Assembly (NCBI GenBank): GCA_003598025.1 | Contig: QZKH01000009.1 | Coordinates: 896-64,895 of the forward strand | DNA length: 64,000 nucleotides | Origin: Candidatus Omnitrophota bacterium | Lineage (GTDB): Bacteria; Omnitrophota; Gorgyraeia; Gygaellales; Profunditerraquicolaceae | Direction of reading: 5' to 3' | In this document: in pieces, positions 1 through 10,580 of the stretch | How positions within the stretch are numbered: the first letter of the stretch is position 1 | Layout: the number at the start of each line of letters is the position of its first letter | The notes under the pieces: model-generated | Seen by the model: only the letters and a program-made list of their open reading frames with translations | The model's database searches: none | What the model was told of the DNA's origin: nothing | Position numbers and translations under genes: made by a program

Positions 1-1467
1 TAATAATAAATTTCCAAGCCCGGATGCGATGCTTTTTAATATATTCTTCTGTGGATTAGAGAATAAAATTACCAGCGCACAACCTGCGATTATCATCCAT
101 TTCACAAAACCGGGGAAAACTTCTGCTAAAATAAGCAATTTTGCCAGGAAAAACGCTGACCACAATATTAGAATCCAGCCTATATCAGCCAGCATGCTCA
201 GAGAAGGCGCTTTTACTGCCGCCCGCCAGGCATGGGCTATGCTTAAGTGCACAGCTCCTAAAAGAAAACAAAAAGCCTGGACGTTTTTATCTTCCCTTAA
301 AGCCGGCAGCAAAGGCTTGATAGCTTGCGTAAGCCATTCCTGGCCAAAAAACGTACCGGTCAAAACACCCCAGATAATAGCACATAAGCTCAAAATATAA
401 AATAAAATAAAAAGCGACGCGTTTGTTTTATGCGCGAATTTCCTGTTAAAAATAACGGTGATAATAAAAAATACCAGCCCGTATCCCGCATCTCCGATAA
501 GCATACCAAAGAATATGGAAAAAAATACCAGGAACCACATACTGATATCCAGTTCCCTATACCCGGGGATAACTTCAACAACCTTAAATAAAGGGCTTAT
601 AATCGAAACCCATCTTGGATTACGTATCAAAGTAGGGACCATATCATCTTGGCCCGGGTCTTTTATCATCAAGCCCCATTTTTCTTGCCTGCTTAAATTA
701 TACAGATTGGATTCAGCATCATAAGGAAGATAACCGCTTAGATACATAATATCTCCGTCCTGCCCCATGCCTCTAAGAGTATTATGAAATTCCAAATCCC
801 TCTCTATTGCAGACCTTACAGCTTTTAATTTATCTATATAAACAGAATATCTGCAAATATCATCCTTGATAATGCTCATCAAGCGACCGTCTTCGTATAG
901 CCGCTTCTGCATTTTGCTTAACCCCATTGATGGCAGAGCTAACTCTTTAAAAGGTATTTCTGCTTTTCTGCCTTTACTTATGACTATGCAATTAATTAAA
1001 CCTCCGGTTACAGATACTTTTTTCAATATGAACTCTTGGCTATTTATCGACTCAAACTCTTTGGCCGGTATTTGATACAGGCTTACAAAAATACCGGAGT
1101 TTGACAAAAGTTTAATTTCTTCAGGATCAAAATCGCCCCATAGCTGCCATTGTGTTATTCTATTCTTTAAGTGGTGAGAATATTCCTCCAGCTGTTCAAG
1201 CCTGTTATTTAAGTCGATTATATGTTTTACAAGAAAACGCCAATCCTGATCAAATTTTGGTTTGCCGGGCGAACAAACTTTAGAGAATTCCGGACTCGAT
1301 AATATTGCCAATACACTGTTCACAGAGAGAATATCGTCGTTTAACCCCTGTATCTCTTGCCCGTGGGGAACCTGCTGATGCTCAATATGCACCGCCCCAA
1401 GCTTTCTTAAGTGCAGTGTGGCGCTGGATGCATCTTTTGACTGCACAAAAACAAATATTTTTTTCAT
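1..1467 (-). CDS. atpI: V-type ATP synthase subunit I (a-subunit), N-terminal part; C-terminus runs off window start
   Basis: Manual translation of the reverse complement from the ATG at 1467-1465 gives MKKIFVFVQSKDASSATLHLRKLGAVHIEHQQ..., continuous to position 1 with a hydrophobic C-terminal region. This matches the N-terminus and topology of V-ATPase subunit I. It sits downstream of atpD as in E-x-A-B-D-I-K operons. It is absent from the ORF track because it has no stop codon in the window. Confidence 0.6.
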   Translation of the reverse strand, partial: MKKIFVFVQSKDASSATLHLRKLGAVHIEHQQVPHGQEIQGLNDDILSVNSVLAILSSPEFSKVCSPGKPKFDQDWRFLVKHIIDLNNRLEQLEEYSHHLKNRITQWQLWGDFDPEEIKLLSNSGIFVSLYQIPAKEFESINSQEFILKKVSVTGGLINCIVISKGRKAEIPFKELALPSMGLSKMQKRLYEDGRLMSIIKDDICRYSVYIDKLKAVRSAIERDLEFHNTLRGMGQDGDIMYLSGYLPYDAESNLYNLSRQEKWGLMIKDPGQDDMVPTLIRNPRWVSIISPLFKVVEVIPGYRELDISMWFLVFFSIFFGMLIGDAGYGLVFFIITVIFNRKFAHKTNASLFILFYILSLCAIIWGVLTGTFFGQEWLTQAIKPLLPALREDKNVQAFCFLLGAVHLSIAHAWRAAVKAPSLSMLADIGWILILWSAFFLAKLLILAEVFPGFVKWMIIAGCALVILFSNPQKNILKSIASGLGNLLL

Positions 1468-1475
1468 CGGGACAA

Positions 1476-2093
1476 TCATGCGGCAACCTCGGATAAAATC
1501 AGGTTTTCTATTTTACGTTTGGCCATTTTGCTCCTGCCAACTGCATTTGTCATTTGGTCCCCAAGATATATCTTAATCAATCTTATTGCCTCTTCTGATT
1601 CGGGTATCTTAACTTTCTCAAAGAGATTAACCCTTTGGGTCGTCACACGCAATTCGTGCTTTAGTATATTTATGCCTTTATCAATAATGTTGATTTCTGC
1701 CTGGAGAGAAATCAATTCCTTAAGCGCCTCAATTGCATTATCTACCCATAAAGGTGTCGTGAAAAGATCATATTCCGTCTCTTTAAATTCAGCCTTTTCA
1801 AAAACCGGGATATCTACACCTGCTATATTATGTATGGAGGTCACGGTTTTTTCGAAAGCGAATAGCTCTTTTATGTTTACCTGTGGTTCGGCCAAAAGCC
1901 CTGCCCAGACAAATATGCTCTTAAGCTTCTTCTCCCTGTGTTTATCAGCCTGGTCTTTTAAGGATAGCTGGCGCAATATTTCCATCTGCAGCTGTTGCTT
2001 CTTTAGCTGTAACGTGGGCAGATATCTTTCGTATTGCCTTAGAGCATCTCTTTGCCTCTTTAATTCCCCTTTAGTAAGCTTTATCTTCCCCAT
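1476..2093 (-). CDS. atpD: V-type ATP synthase subunit D
   Basis: 205 aa. N-terminal MGKIKLTKGELKRQRDAL and C-terminal RVNLFEKVKIPESEEAI match the subunit D family pattern. Lies in the operon after A and B. Confidence 0.8.
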   Translation of the reverse strand: MGKIKLTKGELKRQRDALRQYERYLPTLQLKKQQLQMEILRQLSLKDQADKHREKKLKSIFVWAGLLAEPQVNIKELFAFEKTVTSIHNIAGVDIPVFEKAEFKETEYDLFTTPLWVDNAIEALKELISLQAEINIIDKGINILKHELRVTTQRVNLFEKVKIPESEEAIRLIKIYLGDQMTNAVGRSKMAKRKIENLILSEVAA

Positions 2094-2123
2094 ATTTATG
2101 AACTATGAACCTCGAGCTATGAA

Positions 2124-3416
2124 CTATTTCGGCCAATACTGTTCTATCACAGACTGTTTTATGCCGGTCTCTTCCGGGGTAAAACAAGCTGATAGTATCT
2201 GCCAACCCTTATCCAAAGCCTTCTCAAGAGGGATATTGACCTCTAGAGACATCATTTCCTTCTCAAATAAATCACCGTATTTTAAAAGTTTATTATCCCA
2301 GCCACTCATCTGGAAACCCATAGCCCGTTTCTCAAGCGCCTCACGGTAGCTGGCAAAAAGCTGAATCATTGTATCCATTATCGTCCTATGATCAGGGCGC
2401 GTCTTGCCATTGACCTGCTGTTTAAGGCGACTTAAAGAACCGAAAGGCTCGATTACTCTATTCTTTAAATAAAACTGGCCTTCGGTAATATATCCTGTGT
2501 TATCAGGGACAGGATGCGTGACATCATCGCCAGGCATAGTAGTCACGGCAAGTATAGTTATTGAGCCTGCCGTATCAAAATCAACGGCCTTTTCATATCT
2601 TGCCGCCAGTTGACTATACAGGTCTCCTGGGTAACCGCGGTTAGAAGGCACCTGTTCCATCGTAATCGAAATTTCTTTAAGTGCATCCGCAAAATTAGTC
2701 ATATCAGTCAGTAAAACCAAGACTCTCTTGCCTGAAAGAGCAAATTGCTCAGCTACTGCCAGGCTTATATCCGGGACCAATAAGCATTCTACGGTAGGGT
2801 CTGCTGCAGTATGTATAAAAAATATTGAGCGCGATAGAGCTCCCTGTTCCTGCAGTTTATCTCTGAAAAATAAATAACTATCAAATTTTAAACCCATACC
2901 CCCGAGAATTATTATATCGACCTCCGCCTGTACTGCTATCCTGGCAAGAAGCTCATTATAGGGTTCTCCGGCAATTGAAAATATGGGCAGCTTCTGAGAT
3001 TCAACAAGAGAGTTGAATACATCAATCATGGGGATACCGGTACGGATCATCTTATTCGGGATAATCCTTTTTACCGGGTTTACTGAAGGGCTGCCTATTT
3101 CAACCTGGTTATCGCCAAGTGCGGGCCCTTTATCCAGGGGCTGGCCGCTTCCATTAAAAATTCTTCCCAAAAGCGCATCGCCGCTTGTTATACGCATTGG
3201 ATGGCCGAAAAACCTCACTTTATCTCCCGTAGATATTCCTTTGCTTCCGGCAAAAACCTGCAGATACACTTTATTGTTGTCGATCCTTATTACCTGCGCA
3301 AGTGATATCCCGTATCTGGTGGTAACTTCGGCGATTTCCATATAACCAACATTATCGGCCTCAACAGTAATAACATCCCCTGATATTTGTATAATATTTG
3401 TATGTACTTTACGCAT
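2124..3416 (-). CDS. atpB: V-type ATP synthase subunit B
   Basis: 430 aa with strong family-level similarity to V/A-type ATPase regulatory B subunit ([23 protein letters not shown] motifs). Confidence 0.9.
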   Translation of the reverse strand: MRKVHTNIIQISGDVITVEADNVGYMEIAEVTTRYGISLAQVIRIDNNKVYLQVFAGSKGISTGDKVRFFGHPMRITSGDALLGRIFNGSGQPLDKGPALGDNQVEIGSPSVNPVKRIIPNKMIRTGIPMIDVFNSLVESQKLPIFSIAGEPYNELLARIAVQAEVDIIILGGMGLKFDSYLFFRDKLQEQGALSRSIFFIHTAADPTVECLLVPDISLAVAEQFALSGKRVLVLLTDMTNFADALKEISITMEQVPSNRGYPGDLYSQLAARYEKAVDFDTAGSITILAVTTMPGDDVTHPVPDNTGYITEGQFYLKNRVIEPFGSLSRLKQQVNGKTRPDHRTIMDTMIQLFASYREALEKRAMGFQMSGWDNKLLKYGDLFEKEMMSLEVNIPLEKALDKGWQILSACFTPEETGIKQSVIEQYWPK

Positions 3417-5172
3417 TGGTTTTATCTTTCTCTTTCCTATCTAAACTCGCCTCATTTAATAACTCTTCGATTTCTGCCTGTGTCCTTTTAAAGCCCTCGG
3501 ATTGCCAGCTGGCAGAATTCCAGGTTTTGAATTTTTGCCTAAGCTTATGGAAAAACTGCAAAGCATTATCTTTGTCGGCAAACCTAATTTCTCTTTCAAG
3601 TATATTATTATAAATAAATTCAAATATGAACTTCTGCCTTTCGGTGATAGTCGCTTCATCCACCTCATCAAAAGCATTTTGTTGCAGGTAAACAAAATCA
3701 AAAAAATCTCCTTTTAGGTAATCTATATAATCAGCCACAGACGTCCCTTCTTCTCCGATAACTTTCATCATTTGCGATACATCGTTACTTTTACGTAATA
3801 TAGCATGGCCTTTTTTATTATGTTTTTCATTGATAAAGCTTGGGTATTTGCTCCAGCTTATCAGGGGATCGATAGAAGGGTACTTCCTGGCGTTAGAACG
3901 CTCGCGCGATAAACCGTGAAAAGCGCCTACGACCTTTAATGTCGCCTGAGTAACCGGCTCTTCAAAATTTCCTCCTGCAGGACTGACTGTCCCGCCTATG
4001 GTTACAGATCCGAGGGAGCCGTCATTAAGCCTGACAAAGCCTGCCCTTTCGTAAAAAGAAGCTATCCTGGACTCAAGATACGCAGGAAACGCCTCTTCTC
4101 CGGGGATCTCCTCTAATCTTCCGGACATCTCGCGCATTGCCTGAGCCCATCTGGAAGTAGAATCAGCTAACAGTAAAACGTTTAAGCCCATCTGACGGTA
4201 ATATTCAGCTATTGTGGCTGCGGTATAAACACTTGACTCTCTTGCAGCAACAGGCATAGAGCTGGTGTTGCAAATAATCACTGTTCTTTCCATCAATGGC
4301 CTGGAAGTCTTTGGGTCGATCAACTCAGGAAAAGTCTTTAGCGTTTCTACTACTTCGCCGGCCCTCTCTCCGCATGCAGCTATAATTACAACATCAACCT
4401 CAGCATGTCTGCTGGTCAGCTGTTGGAGAACGGTCTTGCCCGCACCAAAAGGCCCGGGGATGCAATAAGTACCTCCTTTGGCTACCGGAAATAAAGAATC
4501 AATTATCCTCATTTTAGTTATAAGTGGTTCCTCCGGCTTCAATTTCTCGGCATAAGCTTTTATAGGCACCTTAACCGGCCAGGTCTGCTTGAGAAAAACT
4601 TCGTGTGTATTGCCGTTTGAATCTTTTATAGAAGCAATGCTATCTTTAAGGCTGTAACTCCCCGGGCTTGATATTCTTTCTACCTCAAAAATACCGGATA
4701 AACCAAAAGGAACCATTACAAAATGCTTAAAGATATTCTCTGTAACAAAACCTATTTTATCTCCTGCGCGTACCTTGGCTTTTTCTTTAACCAAGGGCTG
4801 AAAATCCCATTTTGAATCAGGGTTAAGAGGCTGCAGATAAACTCCGCGCTTAAGAAAAAATCCGCACTCTTTTGCCAGTTCGGGAAGTGGGTTTTGCAGG
4901 CCATCGAATATCTGGCCCAGCAATCCCGGCCCGAGTTCAACCGAAAGCAGCTCGCCGGTGAATTCAGCTACTTCTCCGACCTTTAAATCAACAGTATTCT
5001 CATAAACCTGAGTTTCAGCGAGCTTGCCGCGCACCCTAATTACCTCTGCCTTTAACCTTTGGTCGCCATGTATAATATAAGCTACTTCATTCTGTATCAC
5101 AAAACTTTCCGCTTCCACAGTAACCATGTTGCCGTTTATCTTGACGATTTTGCCTGCCCTTAAAGAACTCAT
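3409..5172 (-). CDS. atpA: V-type ATP synthase catalytic subunit A
   Basis: 587 aa. P-loop GPFGAGKT and the non-homologous-region insert typical of V/A-type A subunits. Confidence 0.9.
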   Translation of the reverse strand: MSSLRAGKIVKINGNMVTVEAESFVIQNEVAYIIHGDQRLKAEVIRVRGKLAETQVYENTVDLKVGEVAEFTGELLSVELGPGLLGQIFDGLQNPLPELAKECGFFLKRGVYLQPLNPDSKWDFQPLVKEKAKVRAGDKIGFVTENIFKHFVMVPFGLSGIFEVERISSPGSYSLKDSIASIKDSNGNTHEVFLKQTWPVKVPIKAYAEKLKPEEPLITKMRIIDSLFPVAKGGTYCIPGPFGAGKTVLQQLTSRHAEVDVVIIAACGERAGEVVETLKTFPELIDPKTSRPLMERTVIICNTSSMPVAARESSVYTAATIAEYYRQMGLNVLLLADSTSRWAQAMREMSGRLEEIPGEEAFPAYLESRIASFYERAGFVRLNDGSLGSVTIGGTVSPAGGNFEEPVTQATLKVVGAFHGLSRERSNARKYPSIDPLISWSKYPSFINEKHNKKGHAILRKSNDVSQMMKVIGEEGTSVADYIDYLKGDFFDFVYLQQNAFDEVDEATITERQKFIFEFIYNNILEREIRFADKDNALQFFHKLRQKFKTWNSASWQSEGFKRTQAEIEELLNEASLDRKEKDKTNA

Positions 5173-5177
5173 TTTTG

Positions 5178-5732
5178 CTATTCTCTCCTATCCATCCAGC
5201 CTTTATTTATTTCAGATATGCTCTTTAGAGCGCTCTCTTTATTAACTTGTCCGATATGATCCCAGCGATTTAATATTAGAAGCTTATACGCATAAACAAT
5301 AAGTACATCAATATCAAAATAATGCCCTTGCGCCAATCCTTCCAAATACCGCCATTTTTCGTTATCTAAAGCCCTTTCAGCCTCAATCAGAGAAGGTATC
5401 CTGTGGATATTCATAGCAATATGCGCAAGCTCAACATCATATTCTAAATCTGGCCGCAAATATTTATCCGCTGGCACATGCTTACGGCTTGCCCGTATCT
5501 TTACCAACTCATTTCTTAATCCATTATTAAATCTGTACCAATATTTTATTGTGGGCTGCGTTAATGAATAGGCTTCTTCCTTTTCACTAAAGATACTTTT
5601 TATTATTTCCAAATCGCCTGAGCCTATCATTTCGGAACACAACCCAATGAATTTTTCAGGGGTAAACGGTGCTCGCATCCCAAATTGCAGCAAGGGTAAG
5701 CTCGAGATTAAATATATATAATAACTTGGCAT
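5178..5732 (-). CDS. V-ATPase operon-associated protein in the slot between E and A (DUF2764-like; possible C/F substitute)
   Basis: 184 aa ORF occupying the same position as the uncharacterised gene between atpE and atpA in chlamydial and spirochaetal V-ATPase operons. No recognisable catalytic motifs. Confidence 0.4.
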   Translation of the reverse strand: MPSYYIYLISSLPLLQFGMRAPFTPEKFIGLCSEMIGSGDLEIIKSIFSEKEEAYSLTQPTIKYWYRFNNGLRNELVKIRASRKHVPADKYLRPDLEYDVELAHIAMNIHRIPSLIEAERALDNEKWRYLEGLAQGHYFDIDVLIVYAYKLLILNRWDHIGQVNKESALKSISEINKGWMDRRE

Positions 5733-6349
5733 TATCCCTTCTTGGAAGCTATCGGCTCTAGAATTTCTTTTAATTTCGGCTTAATTTGCGAACCAATAAA
5801 TTCTGCTAAAGCTTTATCAGTAAAATCAAAATGTGATTTACCCGAATCAAAGCTTATTATGAACCCTGCTGATATCTCCTGAGATTGTTTAAGGACTATC
5901 TCTCTTTTGGCCTCATTTTTAAGTTTAGCCAAGAAAGTATCACTTAGCTTCTCTATATCGGCCTTGCTCACAGATATTATTATGTCCTCCTTGGAAGACT
6001 TATTGCAACCTTTTATTATGCTGTTCATCATATTACCTAATTCTTGGGGAGTTAAGGCTTCCTTAACCTGTAAATCAATAATCCTATCCAGGATATTATT
6101 AACCTCTCTCTTTAAGGTAATAATAAAATCTCTTCCTGCCTGGGAGAGCATGGCTTTACTGCTTTCTTCTTCCCTGGCAATATTATCTTTTGCCTGCTTG
6201 ATAAGCCGCTCAGCTTCCTTCCTGGCTTCTGCAACAATACCGCTCGCTTTTAAGGCTGCCTCTTCTTCTATCTTTCTTGCCTTATCCTGGGCAGCCTTTA
6301 TCCCTTCTTCCTGTATTTTCTGTATCAAACCTTTGATATCTTCCGGCAT
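5732..6349 (-). CDS. atpE: V-type ATP synthase subunit E
   Basis: 205 aa, charged alpha-helical N-terminus (KIEEEAALKA...) typical of V-type E stalk subunit. First gene of the operon. Confidence 0.65.
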   Translation of the reverse strand: MPEDIKGLIQKIQEEGIKAAQDKARKIEEEAALKASGIVAEARKEAERLIKQAKDNIAREEESSKAMLSQAGRDFIITLKREVNNILDRIIDLQVKEALTPQELGNMMNSIIKGCNKSSKEDIIISVSKADIEKLSDTFLAKLKNEAKREIVLKQSQEISAGFIISFDSGKSHFDFTDKALAEFIGSQIKPKLKEILEPIASKKG

Positions 6350-6364
6350 ATTCCTCCCGCCTCT

Positions 6365-7036
6365 CTAATTAAGTTCTTTTAATAGCCGTTTAGCCATATC
6401 TAATGGATTCTCTGCTTTTAGAATCGGCCGGCCTACAACTATATAATTACTTCCTGCTTTTCGTGCTTGGCTTGCTGTAGCCACCCTCTTTTGATCATTA
6501 GCAGATACGCCTTCAGGCCTTATCCCCGGGGTAACTATAAGAAAAACCCTTTTGATATTTTCCCTTAAGAAAGCTGCTTCCCTGGCAGAACAAACAACGC
6601 CATCCAGGCCGCTTTCAATGCCAATTTTCGCTAAGGCTAAAACGCCGCTTAATTTAGTGTCCTTGCTGGTCAGAACCGTAACTCCTATAATCAATGGGCG
6701 CTTTTTTTTGATGGCTGCGGCCTCTTGGCTAGCTGCCTTAACCGCTGACCTAAGCATTTCCTGGCCGCCTGATATATGCAAAGTAATCATTTTTACATTT
6801 AATCTGACTGCCTCTTTTACCGCGTTTGCAACGGTGTTAGGAATATCAAAAAATTTAAGGTCAAGAAAAACCTGACCACCTTTCTTGTTAATAAAATCTA
6901 TTATTTTAGGCCCGCAAGAAGTAAACAATTGTATGCCTACTTTGAAAATCTTTACCGTAGGGTAAAGTTTGTTGACCCATTTTTTTGCCTCTTCATAGCT
7001 ATCCAAATCTAAAGCGAGAATTAAATCGGTCTTCAA
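6365..7036 (-). CDS. pyrF: orotidine 5'-phosphate decarboxylase
   Basis: LALDL...KVG...DLKFFDIPNTV signature of OMP decarboxylase. Confidence 0.85.
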   Translation of the reverse strand: MKTDLILALDLDSYEEAKKWVNKLYPTVKIFKVGIQLFTSCGPKIIDFINKKGGQVFLDLKFFDIPNTVANAVKEAVRLNVKMITLHISGGQEMLRSAVKAASQEAAAIKKKRPLIIGVTVLTSKDTKLSGVLALAKIGIESGLDGVVCSAREAAFLRENIKRVFLIVTPGIRPEGVSANDQKRVATASQARKAGSNYIVVGRPILKAENPLDMAKRLLKELN

Positions 7037-7974
7037 ACTTCAAGCCCTCCTATAATAGATCTAACTGTTTTTATCTTGTTTTTCGACAGATATTCTTCTA
7101 AGCCGGAAATTATTTTTATTGCCGTATCGGGATAAACAAAGTTGGCTGTCCCTATGCTTACTGCGGTTGCCCCAGCAACAATAAATTCAAGGGCATCTGA
7201 AGTATTCATTATACCACCCATGCCTATAATGGGAAGTTTTATGTTATTGAATACCTCCCAGGCCATCCTTACAGCAATAGGCCTGATTGCAGGGCCGCTT
7301 AAACCCCCTGTAACAGAGGCTATCTTTGGCCTACGGGTATTTATATTAATACACATACCTGATAATGTGTTAATCAAAGAGATGGCATCACTGCCTGCGC
7401 TTTCGGCAGCCCTAGCTATATCAGAAATACAAGTAACATTCGGAGAAAGCTTGGTAATTATTACCTTTCTCGTTTTTCTACGCACAGCCTTAACTAATTC
7501 ATAAGTAGCGCGCGCATCCTGACTGATAAGACTTAACCCTTCTGCCCCTTGATTCCTTGATTCCTTCTTAATATTAGGGCAAGATATGTTCAACTCTATT
7601 GCGGATATCTCTTTTACTTTGTCGAGCAACGAAGCTAATTCGACAAACTCTGAAGCATCTTTTTCCGAAGCAATGCTTACAATAACCGGGGCACCGGTGC
7701 TAAGCAGGTATTTAAGTTTATCCTTAATAAAGGCATCAACGCCCGGATTTTCCAGCCCTATAGAATTCAATAATCCCGATGGAGTCTCGCAAGTCCGGGG
7801 AGCAGGGTTCCCTTTACGGGGCTTTAACGTAATTGTTTTTGTAACGATAGCCCCGAGCCTGCTAAGGTCCATAAATCCCTCGAATTCCTCGGCATAACCG
7901 AAAGTGCCCGATGCCACCATAACCGGGTTCTTTAATTTAAGTTTTCCTATGTTTATGCGAAGGTCTGTCTTCAT
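7033..7974 (-). CDS. pyrD: dihydroorotate dehydrogenase, class 1B catalytic subunit
   Basis: 313 aa, NPVMVASGTFGY and GLENPG motifs. The pyrK partner lies upstream. Confidence 0.85.
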   Translation of the reverse strand: MKTDLRINIGKLKLKNPVMVASGTFGYAEEFEGFMDLSRLGAIVTKTITLKPRKGNPAPRTCETPSGLLNSIGLENPGVDAFIKDKLKYLLSTGAPVIVSIASEKDASEFVELASLLDKVKEISAIELNISCPNIKKESRNQGAEGLSLISQDARATYELVKAVRRKTRKVIITKLSPNVTCISDIARAAESAGSDAISLINTLSGMCININTRRPKIASVTGGLSGPAIRPIAVRMAWEVFNNIKLPIIGMGGIMNTSDALEFIVAGATAVSIGTANFVYPDTAIKIISGLEEYLSKNKIKTVRSIIGGLEV

Positions 7975-7976
7975 AT

Positions 7977-8360
7977 TTACTTAATAAAAATCATACGTAA
8001 AGAAATAGCTAACAAGAATAAACCAAAAAGCCTTTTAAGCATTTGCTCTGGTATGTTCTGCACAAGACTTGCTCCAATGAGCCCTCCGATAATGAATCCT
8101 ATACAAATAAACATGGCCATGCCAAGTTTCACATTGCCGCTATAATAATAACGCAGCGCAGCTAACAAGCCTATCGGCGGCACCATTATGGCCAAAGTTG
8201 TCCCTTGCGCCTGATGTTGTGTCAACCCAAAAAAGAATATTAACGCGGGTATAAGTATCGAACCTCCACCTATACCAAACATACCGCCTAATACCCCTGC
8301 TACAAGCCCTAATATAACATAAAATACCTGTAACATAAACCCTCCTTGAGCTACTTCCAA
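7977..8360 (-). CDS. half-size TauE/SafE (TSUP) family 4-TM membrane protein
   Basis: 127 aa and very hydrophobic, with the GGMFGIGGGSILIPAL motif typical of TSUP transporters. About half the usual length. Inserted between pyrK and pyrD. Confidence 0.5.
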   Translation of the reverse strand: MEVAQGGFMLQVFYVILGLVAGVLGGMFGIGGGSILIPALIFFFGLTQHQAQGTTLAIMVPPIGLLAALRYYYSGNVKLGMAMFICIGFIIGGLIGASLVQNIPEQMLKRLFGLFLLAISLRMIFIK

Positions 8361-9262
8361 ATTAATTCTTCGGCATTAAAAACAGGGCCGTCTTTACAAA
8401 CCCGCCTATACCCTGTTTTAGTATCAACAACGCAACCCAAGCAGGCCCCGATACCGCAAGCCATATGCTCTTCCATTGAGACCTGCGCCGATATATTCAT
8501 GCCGGATGAAATCCTGCTTATCTCTTTTAACATAGGCTTTGGGCCGCAGGCATATATTTTTGTATTGCGTATTGCGTATTGCGTATTGCGCAAAATATAC
8601 TCTAATAACTCTGTAGCTTTTCCTTTAAACCCTCTTGAGCCGTCATCGGTAGCAATCTTAACAACGCAACCCAGCTTCTTAAACTCATCCTCGCATAATA
8701 TTTGATTTTTTGACTTTGCCCCAATCAACACTAATACTCTATGTCTTTGCGACCGAAGGGAGTCCTGAGCGACTTGTGGTGAGCGAAGTCGAACCAAGTC
8801 GAAGGATGACTTTGTGACTTTATGACCTGTTATCTTTTCCGCAAGAAATAGTAACGGCGCAGTACCCATTCCTCCGGCGACAATGACTGTCGGCTGATAG
8901 CTGACGGCTGATAGCTGACGACTTATAGCTGACGGCTGATATTCAAATCCATTACCCAACGGGCCGATAATATTAATTCTTGCACCGCTTTTGATTTGGG
9001 ATAACAACCCTGTACCTTTGCCTAAGGCCTCATAAAGGATAGTAAAGTTTCCGTTGCCCGCCTTGTGTATACTAAAAGGCCTTCTTAAAAAAGCCTCTTC
9101 CTTGCCGCTAATCATTACTTGCACAAAATGTCCCGGCCGGGCATATTTTGCGATAGAAACACAACTAAAGACGATTTTGTAATAATTTAACGCGATATGT
9201 TTATTAGATAATACTCTGGCCTCTGTTTGGAAAACTCGTTCCGTCATTTTTATTTTTGGCAT
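8351..9262 (-). CDS. pyrK: dihydroorotate dehydrogenase electron-transfer subunit (FAD/2Fe-2S)
   Basis: 303 aa. C-terminal MACGIGACLGCV 2Fe-2S motif and GPLGNGF FAD/NAD motif. Contains three in-frame tandem-repeat insertions (see findings). Confidence 0.8.
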   Translation of the reverse strand: MPKIKMTERVFQTEARVLSNKHIALNYYKIVFSCVSIAKYARPGHFVQVMISGKEEAFLRRPFSIHKAGNGNFTILYEALGKGTGLLSQIKSGARINIIGPLGNGFEYQPSAISRQLSAVSYQPTVIVAGGMGTAPLLFLAEKITGHKVTKSSFDLVRLRSPQVAQDSLRSQRHRVLVLIGAKSKNQILCEDEFKKLGCVVKIATDDGSRGFKGKATELLEYILRNTQYAIRNTKIYACGPKPMLKEISRISSGMNISAQVSMEEHMACGIGACLGCVVDTKTGYRRVCKDGPVFNAEELIWK

Positions 9263-10050
9263 TTTGCGCAGAAATAAGTACCCCTGCCCCCCAAAACGAT
9301 TCTTTTAACCGGAGACTTACAGATAAAACATGGCTTGCCTTCTCTGCCATACACCTTATGATACCGCACATAATTACCGGGTTTCCCTGAAAGCCGCACA
9401 TAATCATCTACTGATGAGCCCCCGTGTTTTATTGCATCGGACAAGACCCTTTTGACAGCATAAAAAAGCTCTGCCTTTTCTTTATCAATTAGGGCCATTG
9501 CCGGTTTACTCGGATTTATTTTAGCAAGAAATAGGCTTTCTGCGGCATAAAGGTTACCTATGCCGGAAATGAATTTTTGATCCATAAGCAGCGGTTTGAT
9601 TTTAGTCTTTTTTTTAGCGAGCATATCCTTAAACTGGGTGAGAGTCAAATCAAATGGCTCCGGACCTAATTCTTTAATGTAACTTAGCTTATGCCAATCA
9701 TCAAGCAGCCTTAATTCAGCAAATAACCTTTGATCGTTAAAATCAAGAACGGTGCCATCTGATAAATTAAAGCTGACCCTGCTTTTCTTTCCTCCGCCGG
9801 GATAAACCAGCTGGCCGGTCATTTTCAGATGGATCGTCAAAAATTTTCCATTAGACAGTTCCAGGATTAAAAGCTTTGCTTTACGTATTATATTTCTGAT
9901 TACTGTATTTTCTATGCCTTTTTTAAATTCTTCCACCGATGGATAACGGATCACTAAAGGGTGATGTACGCATACCTCTTTAATTCTTTTGCCTAAAAGA
10001 GTTTTCTCTAAATCATTTTTGATTGTCTCTACTTCCGGCAATTCAGGCAT
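9250..10050 (-). CDS. mutM: formamidopyrimidine-DNA glycosylase
   Basis: N-terminal MPELPEVE and C-terminal zinc finger CxxC...CxxC. Confidence 0.85.
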   Translation of the reverse strand: MPELPEVETIKNDLEKTLLGKRIKEVCVHHPLVIRYPSVEEFKKGIENTVIRNIIRKAKLLILELSNGKFLTIHLKMTGQLVYPGGGKKSRVSFNLSDGTVLDFNDQRLFAELRLLDDWHKLSYIKELGPEPFDLTLTQFKDMLAKKKTKIKPLLMDQKFISGIGNLYAAESLFLAKINPSKPAMALIDKEKAELFYAVKRVLSDAIKHGGSSVDDYVRLSGKPGNYVRYHKVYGREGKPCFICKSPVKRIVLGGRGTYFCAKCQK

Positions 10051-10175
10051 TTTTCTCCAGCTGGCTTAACAAATACCCATAAACAATGAACCAAGATCTA
10101 TAAATTTAAACCTTTTTTGTGTCTTTGTGACGTGTGACTTTGTGTCTAAATACTCTAATCTATTTCTATGAACTA

Positions 10176-10580
10176 TCAACAATGAACTACCTTAACCCAT
10201 ACCTCTCTTGATCGCGGGCCATCACTTTCACAAAAATATATCCCCTGCCATGCACCTAAAGCCATCTCTCCGCCGGTGATAAAAATACTTAATGATGCCC
10301 CCAGCAGTGACGACCTTATATGACTGTCAGAATTACCCTCTGCGTGCTCATAAGGATAATCCTCGGGTATAAGTTTACTGAGTAAGCTTATGATATCTTT
10401 CCTGGCAGAAGGATCGGCATTTTCATTAATAGTAAGCCCCGCAGTTGTATGGGGGCAAAAAATAAAACAAATACCTTCTTTAACCCTGCTTACCGCTACG
10501 ATTCTCTTGATTCGCTCGGTAATATCTAGCAGCTCAAATCTTTTATTTGTTTTTATGCTTAGTTTTTCCAACTTTTGCAT
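10176..10580 (-). CDS. yjbQ: YjbQ/UPF0047 family protein (secondary thiamine-phosphate synthase-like)
   Basis: 134 aa with [14 protein letters not shown] motif characteristic of the YjbQ family. Confidence 0.7.
   Translation of the reverse strand: MQKLEKLSIKTNKRFELLDITERIKRIVAVSRVKEGICFIFCPHTTAGLTINENADPSARKDIISLLSKLIPEDYPYEHAEGNSDSHIRSSLLGASLSIFITGGEMALGAWQGIYFCESDGPRSREVWVKVVHC

Noticed and set aside
1519-2349. 276-aa plus-strand ORF
   Set aside because: Lies entirely antisense to atpD/atpB, which have strong homology. It has a low-complexity Ser/Leu-rich composition typical of shadow ORFs.
8562-8942. Considered whether the tandem repeats are a CRISPR array
   Set aside because: Units are 7-14 nt direct tandem repeats without spacers and lie inside an intact ORF. 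This is not CRISPR architecture.
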